A stretch of DNA of 64,000 nt from an uncultured Phycisphaerales bacterium (GTDB taxonomy: Bacteria > Planctomycetota > Phycisphaerae > Phycisphaerales > SM1A02). Position 1 is the first letter of the stretch; each line of letters opens with the position of its first letter. The stretch covers positions 1-64,000 of the forward strand of contig CALKEP010000027.1 of the NCBI GenBank assembly GCA_938084645.1, read 5' to 3'. Shown here in pieces: positions 60,586 to 64,000 of this stretch. The position numbers and the translations under genes are program-made. The notes beneath the pieces are model-generated. The model saw nothing but the letters and a program-made list of their open reading frames with translations. It was not told where the DNA came from and ran no database searches.

Positions 60586-62106
60586 TCACCGCCGTTCGGT
60601 GCGGCGGCTCCGCGAGCCGTGCTTCCGATAGACGCGGGACGCCTCCTGCCGTGCCCGACTCGTGCCGCGAGCGTCGAAGATCCGCTCTTTCGCCAGGCGG
60701 TACGCCGTTTCGTGATCGACGACGGGCGCGGGGTACGTCTCGCCGATCAGACATCCGGCCATGTGCTGGGTGAGGGGGGGCATCTCCTCCGGCCGGGCGA
60801 TGTGTTCGTTCGGCACGTCGGCGAGTTCGGGAACCCAGCGTCGAATGAAGCGTCCGTCGGGATCCTGATCGATCGCCTGCTTGATCGGCGAATAGATGCG
60901 GACGGTGTTGATCCCCGTCACCCCCGACTGCATCTGGCACTGGGAGTAGTGGATCCCGGCTTCGAAGTCGAGGAAACGGGTGGCGAGATGCTCGGCCACC
61001 GGCTTCCAGTGGAGCCAGAGGTGATACGCGGCGAACGAGACGAGCATCGCCCGCATGCGGAAGTTGATCCAACCGGTGCGATCGAGACATCGCATGCACG
61101 CGTCGACCAGCGGGTAGCCGGTGCGTCCGCCGACCCACGCGTCGAACCGGGCCTGCTCCTCGCCGGTCCACCGTCCGCGATCCTCCTGCCGCAGCCCGTC
61201 GAAGGCGCGATTGAAGTTGCGGAACTCGATCTGTGGCTCGTCCTCGAGTTTCTGCATGAAGTGGCAGTGCCATCGCAGTCGCTTCTCATAGCTCGCAAGG
61301 GACCGCCGCCATCCGCCGGCGGTCGGATCATCGCGAAGCGACTCGATCCGGTCGCGGGTGGCGTGGTGCACGGCTCGGATGGAGAGCGAGCCGTACGCGA
61401 GGTGCGGACTGAGTCGGCTGCACGCCGTCCAACCTTCGATGGGGGTCGACATCGCCCGTCGATAGTCTTCACCGCGTTCGTGGAGAAACGATTGCAGGAC
61501 CAGGGTCGCATCGGATTCGCCGCCGCGCTGGGCATCGACCATCGGGTTCACGGCGTTGCCGCGGACGTCGCTCGCCGAGACGTCTTCGGCCGCGAGGGCG
61601 GTCATATCGTTCCGGGTCGGGCCCGTGATCGACGTCGGGACGGGCACCGGCGGTGGGGCCATTCTTCGTCGCCAGCGGTCGGCCCAGCCATCGCGGGAGG
61701 CGAGCGGTCGGACCACCCCGTGCTGGGGTCGTTCGGTCCAGCGGACGTTCCGGCGCCGGCACCACGCCGCAACGCGTCGATCGCGGGCGTAGGTGATCGC
61801 AAGCCCGGTCTCTTCGTGGCTCCAGATCTCCTCGAATCGCCACTGGTCGTGGAGTCGATCCAGCGTGTCCGGCATCGCCCCGTGCCGCACCAGCAGGATC
61901 GAGCCGAGGGAGGCGAGTCGCTCCCGGAGCTCGGCGAGACAGTCCTCGATGAACGCGAGATGTCCGGGGGACCATTCCGGGGAGGCCAGCACCTCGGGCT
62001 CGTGCACGTACAGACCGACCATCGGTCCACGTTCGGCGGCTTCGAGGAGGGGTGCATGATCCGCGACCCGCAAGTCGCGCTTGAACCAGACGACGGCGCG
62101 TGGCAT
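60586..62106 (-). CDS. DNA photolyase/cryptochrome family protein
   Basis: VVWFKRDLRVADH, SRLSPHLAYG, GRTGYPLVDACMR, NFRMRAM, RIYSP. Confidence 0.92.
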   Translation of the reverse strand: MPRAVVWFKRDLRVADHAPLLEAAERGPMVGLYVHEPEVLASPEWSPGHLAFIEDCLAELRERLASLGSILLVRHGAMPDTLDRLHDQWRFEEIWSHEETGLAITYARDRRVAAWCRRRNVRWTERPQHGVVRPLASRDGWADRWRRRMAPPPVPVPTSITGPTRNDMTALAAEDVSASDVRGNAVNPMVDAQRGGESDATLVLQSFLHERGEDYRRAMSTPIEGWTACSRLSPHLAYGSLSIRAVHHATRDRIESLRDDPTAGGWRRSLASYEKRLRWHCHFMQKLEDEPQIEFRNFNRAFDGLRQEDRGRWTGEEQARFDAWVGGRTGYPLVDACMRCLDRTGWINFRMRAMLVSFAAYHLWLHWKPVAEHLATRFLDFEAGIHYSQCQMQSGVTGINTVRIYSPIKQAIDQDPDGRFIRRWVPELADVPNEHIARPEEMPPLTQHMAGCLIGETYPAPVVDHETAYRLAKERIFDARGTSRARQEASRVYRKHGSRSRRTERR

Positions 62107-62302
62107 CGGGAACGGTTCGAGGATGCCGATCCAACGGATTCGAGGATGCCCCTGGTGGACCGCGTCGCGATCGCGGATCACTAGAATCTCGGCCCAGCGA
62201 CCTGATCGAGACTCCACCCGGAACAGAGACCTGATTCATGCTGATCGAACACGCCATGCCCGGCCACGACATGTCACCCGTCCGACGGAAGGAAGGGCTT
62301 CG

Positions 62303-62767
62303 ATGACCGATTTCGACATCGCGCTCGACGATCCGGAGGCGGCGGACGTCGCGAAGGTCCTGCAGGCGCATCTCGATTTCGCGCGTGAATGGTCGTTGCC
62401 GGAGAACGTGAAGGTGCTGGGGATGAAGGCGCTCACGGCGGAGGGTGTGCGGTTCTTCGCGGCTCGAGCGGACGGCCGACTGCTCGCGGTCGGCGCGCTG
62501 AGTCCCTTCGAGGAGGACCACGTGGAGATCAAGTCGATGCACACGGTGGAAGCCGCGCGGGGGCGGGGGGTCGGCTGGGCGATGCTGGAGCGTCTGGTGT
62601 CGACGGCCTACGAGCAGGGTGGTCGCCGGGTGAGCCTGGAGACGGGGACCGGCAAGGCGTTCGCGCCCGCCCGCCGGCTTTACGAACGCGGGGGTTTCAA
62701 GATCTGCCCGCCGTTCGGCGAGTACCGGCACTGCCCGGACAGCGTCTGCATGACCCGGCGGATCTGA
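62303..62767 (+). CDS. GNAT N-acetyltransferase (YsnE-like)
   Basis: EIKSMHT, RGRGVG, SLETG, ARRLYERGGF. Confidence 0.88.
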   Translation: MTDFDIALDDPEAADVAKVLQAHLDFAREWSLPENVKVLGMKALTAEGVRFFAARADGRLLAVGALSPFEEDHVEIKSMHTVEAARGRGVGWAMLERLVSTAYEQGGRRVSLETGTGKAFAPARRLYERGGFKICPPFGEYRHCPDSVCMTRRI

Positions 62768-62777
62768 GCGGCGTGGT

Positions 62778-63158
62778 TCAGGCGCAGTCGGCGCAGCGAC
62801 CGGAGAGGGTGAGTTCGTGCGACTCGAGTTCGAATCCTTCAGGAAGCATCGAACTCAGGCCGCCCGGGCAACCCTCGACGTCGTAGAACCGATCGCAGAC
62901 GCGACAGTGGAAGTGATGGTGGTGCTTGGAGGCGACGTGGGCGGGTTCGTATCGATCCGCAGCCCCCGGGACGGAGACGTTCGCCACCTCCCCGTCGTCC
63001 TGAAGTCGGCGAATCGTTCGATAGACGGTGCGAAGCCCCAGTGACGGCACATCCCGGCTGGCGGTTGCGTGAATCTCCTCGATGGAAAGCGGCCGCCCGG
63101 CCGCGTCGATCACGCCCTTGATCGCCTCGAGCTGTTTGGTGTTCCGTCGACTCGTCAT
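62778..63158 (-). CDS. Fur-family transcriptional repressor
   Basis: LGLRTVYRTI, HHHHFHCRVC, GRCADC. Confidence 0.9.
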   Translation of the reverse strand: MTSRRNTKQLEAIKGVIDAAGRPLSIEEIHATASRDVPSLGLRTVYRTIRRLQDDGEVANVSVPGAADRYEPAHVASKHHHHFHCRVCDRFYDVEGCPGGLSSMLPEGFELESHELTLSGRCADCA

Positions 63159-63218
63159 ATCCGGATTCTCGCACCTGATGCGGGAAAGGGCGAACCCAGG
63201 CGAGCCCAGCGAGATAAC

Positions 63219-63269
63219 TGGCAATATATTGCCATCAGGTATTGACATGGCAATGTCATTAGTCAATAC
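63219..63269. promoter_or_regulatory. Putative Fur-family operator(s)
   Basis: Perfect palindrome TGGCAATATATTGCCA (63219-63234) and GTATTGAC-N15-GTCAATAC (63239-63269) containing a second TGGCAAT; AT-rich patch between divergent genes. Confidence 0.6.
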
Positions 63270-63304
63270 TCGGGGCAGGCCGTTTCGGCCGCAGGAGTCG
63301 CTCC

Positions 63305-64000
63305 ATGCCAGTCGCCCGCCAATCCTCCGTGTCGCATGGCCAGCCGGCGCCCTTGGTGCGTCGTGGGTTCACGTTGATCGAGATTCTGGTGGTGCTCGGG
63401 GTGATCGTGCTGCTGATGGGCATCGCGATCCCGACGCTCCGCTCCGCCCGCATGGCATCCCTCAACACCCTCGATCTGTCCCAGCTCCGTCAGCTCGGGG
63501 TGGCACACCTCGCGTACCAGGCGACCAACACCGACCACTTCGTCGACGTCGGCCTTCCGCACGGTGGCTACGGAGATGAAGCCACCAGTTTCGCGGAGGT
63601 CCTCGGCCGGTACACCGACGACATCGTGATGAAGTCGCCGCTCGATGCCAGTCCCCACTGGCCCTCGGACGTCGGCGGCGAGGGCAGGGGCGTGGAGGAG
63701 GACGGAACCGGGGCCCTCCGGCGGACCAGTTACGGAATGAACAACTATCTCTCGAGGAACTACTCGCCGATGGTCGCCCTCTACGGTCCCGGCCATGCCG
63801 CGGATCGGGCGACCAAGGTGCGACGTCCCGAGCGAATCGTGTGTTTCCTCCACATGACGCCGCAGGGTGACTTCGCCGTGAGTGATCACCCGCACGTCGA
63901 ATCCTGGGATGCCGGCGATGAACCGTGGCGCCTGGCCAGCCGGCAGGTCGCGATTTCCGCCGCCGAGGGCGAAGAGGTCGTCGATGCGCTCGCGACATCC
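63305..64000 (+). CDS. Prepilin-type N-terminal cleavage/methylation domain protein (DUF1559-like), partial
   Basis: Manual translation: RRGFTLIEILVVLGVI...LRQLG...RRTSYGMNNY...SDHPHVESW; open to the window end. Confidence 0.88.
   Translation, partial: MPVARQSSVSHGQPAPLVRRGFTLIEILVVLGVIVLLMGIAIPTLRSARMASLNTLDLSQLRQLGVAHLAYQATNTDHFVDVGLPHGGYGDEATSFAEVLGRYTDDIVMKSPLDASPHWPSDVGGEGRGVEEDGTGALRRTSYGMNNYLSRNYSPMVALYGPGHAADRATKVRRPERIVCFLHMTPQGDFAVSDHPHVESWDAGDEPWRLASRQVAISAAEGEEVVDALATS

Overview
High-GC (visually ~65-70%) bacterial chromosome segment with about 50 densely packed genes. It is almost certainly from a Planctomycetota, most likely Phycisphaerales. Supporting hallmarks are two DUF1549/DUF1553 + DUF1501 operons, two DUF1080 proteins, Tat-exported Gfo/Idh/MocA oxidoreductases, a sulfatase, two PEP-CTERM-like (VPAP) proteins, four secreted proteins with a dockerin-like 'GADLGLLLAAW' tail and a prepilin-type protein. 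I saw no rRNA, tRNA, CRISPR array, integrase or transposase. Most notable: (1) a translationally coupled H-NOX + HNOBA-histidine kinase-receiver pair; (2) a ~2.3 kb insert bracketed by a 101-bp duplication of the 3' end of a ZIP transporter gene, carrying an FkbM methyltransferase and a decayed ccoN; (3) two paralogous double-HTH (wHTH + LuxR) regulators, each divergent from a surface-anchored secreted protein; (4) a Fur/Zur-family gene with palindromic operators divergent from a His-motif prepilin protein; (5) several unusual enzyme fusions. Family calls come from recognising motifs by eye, not from database searches.
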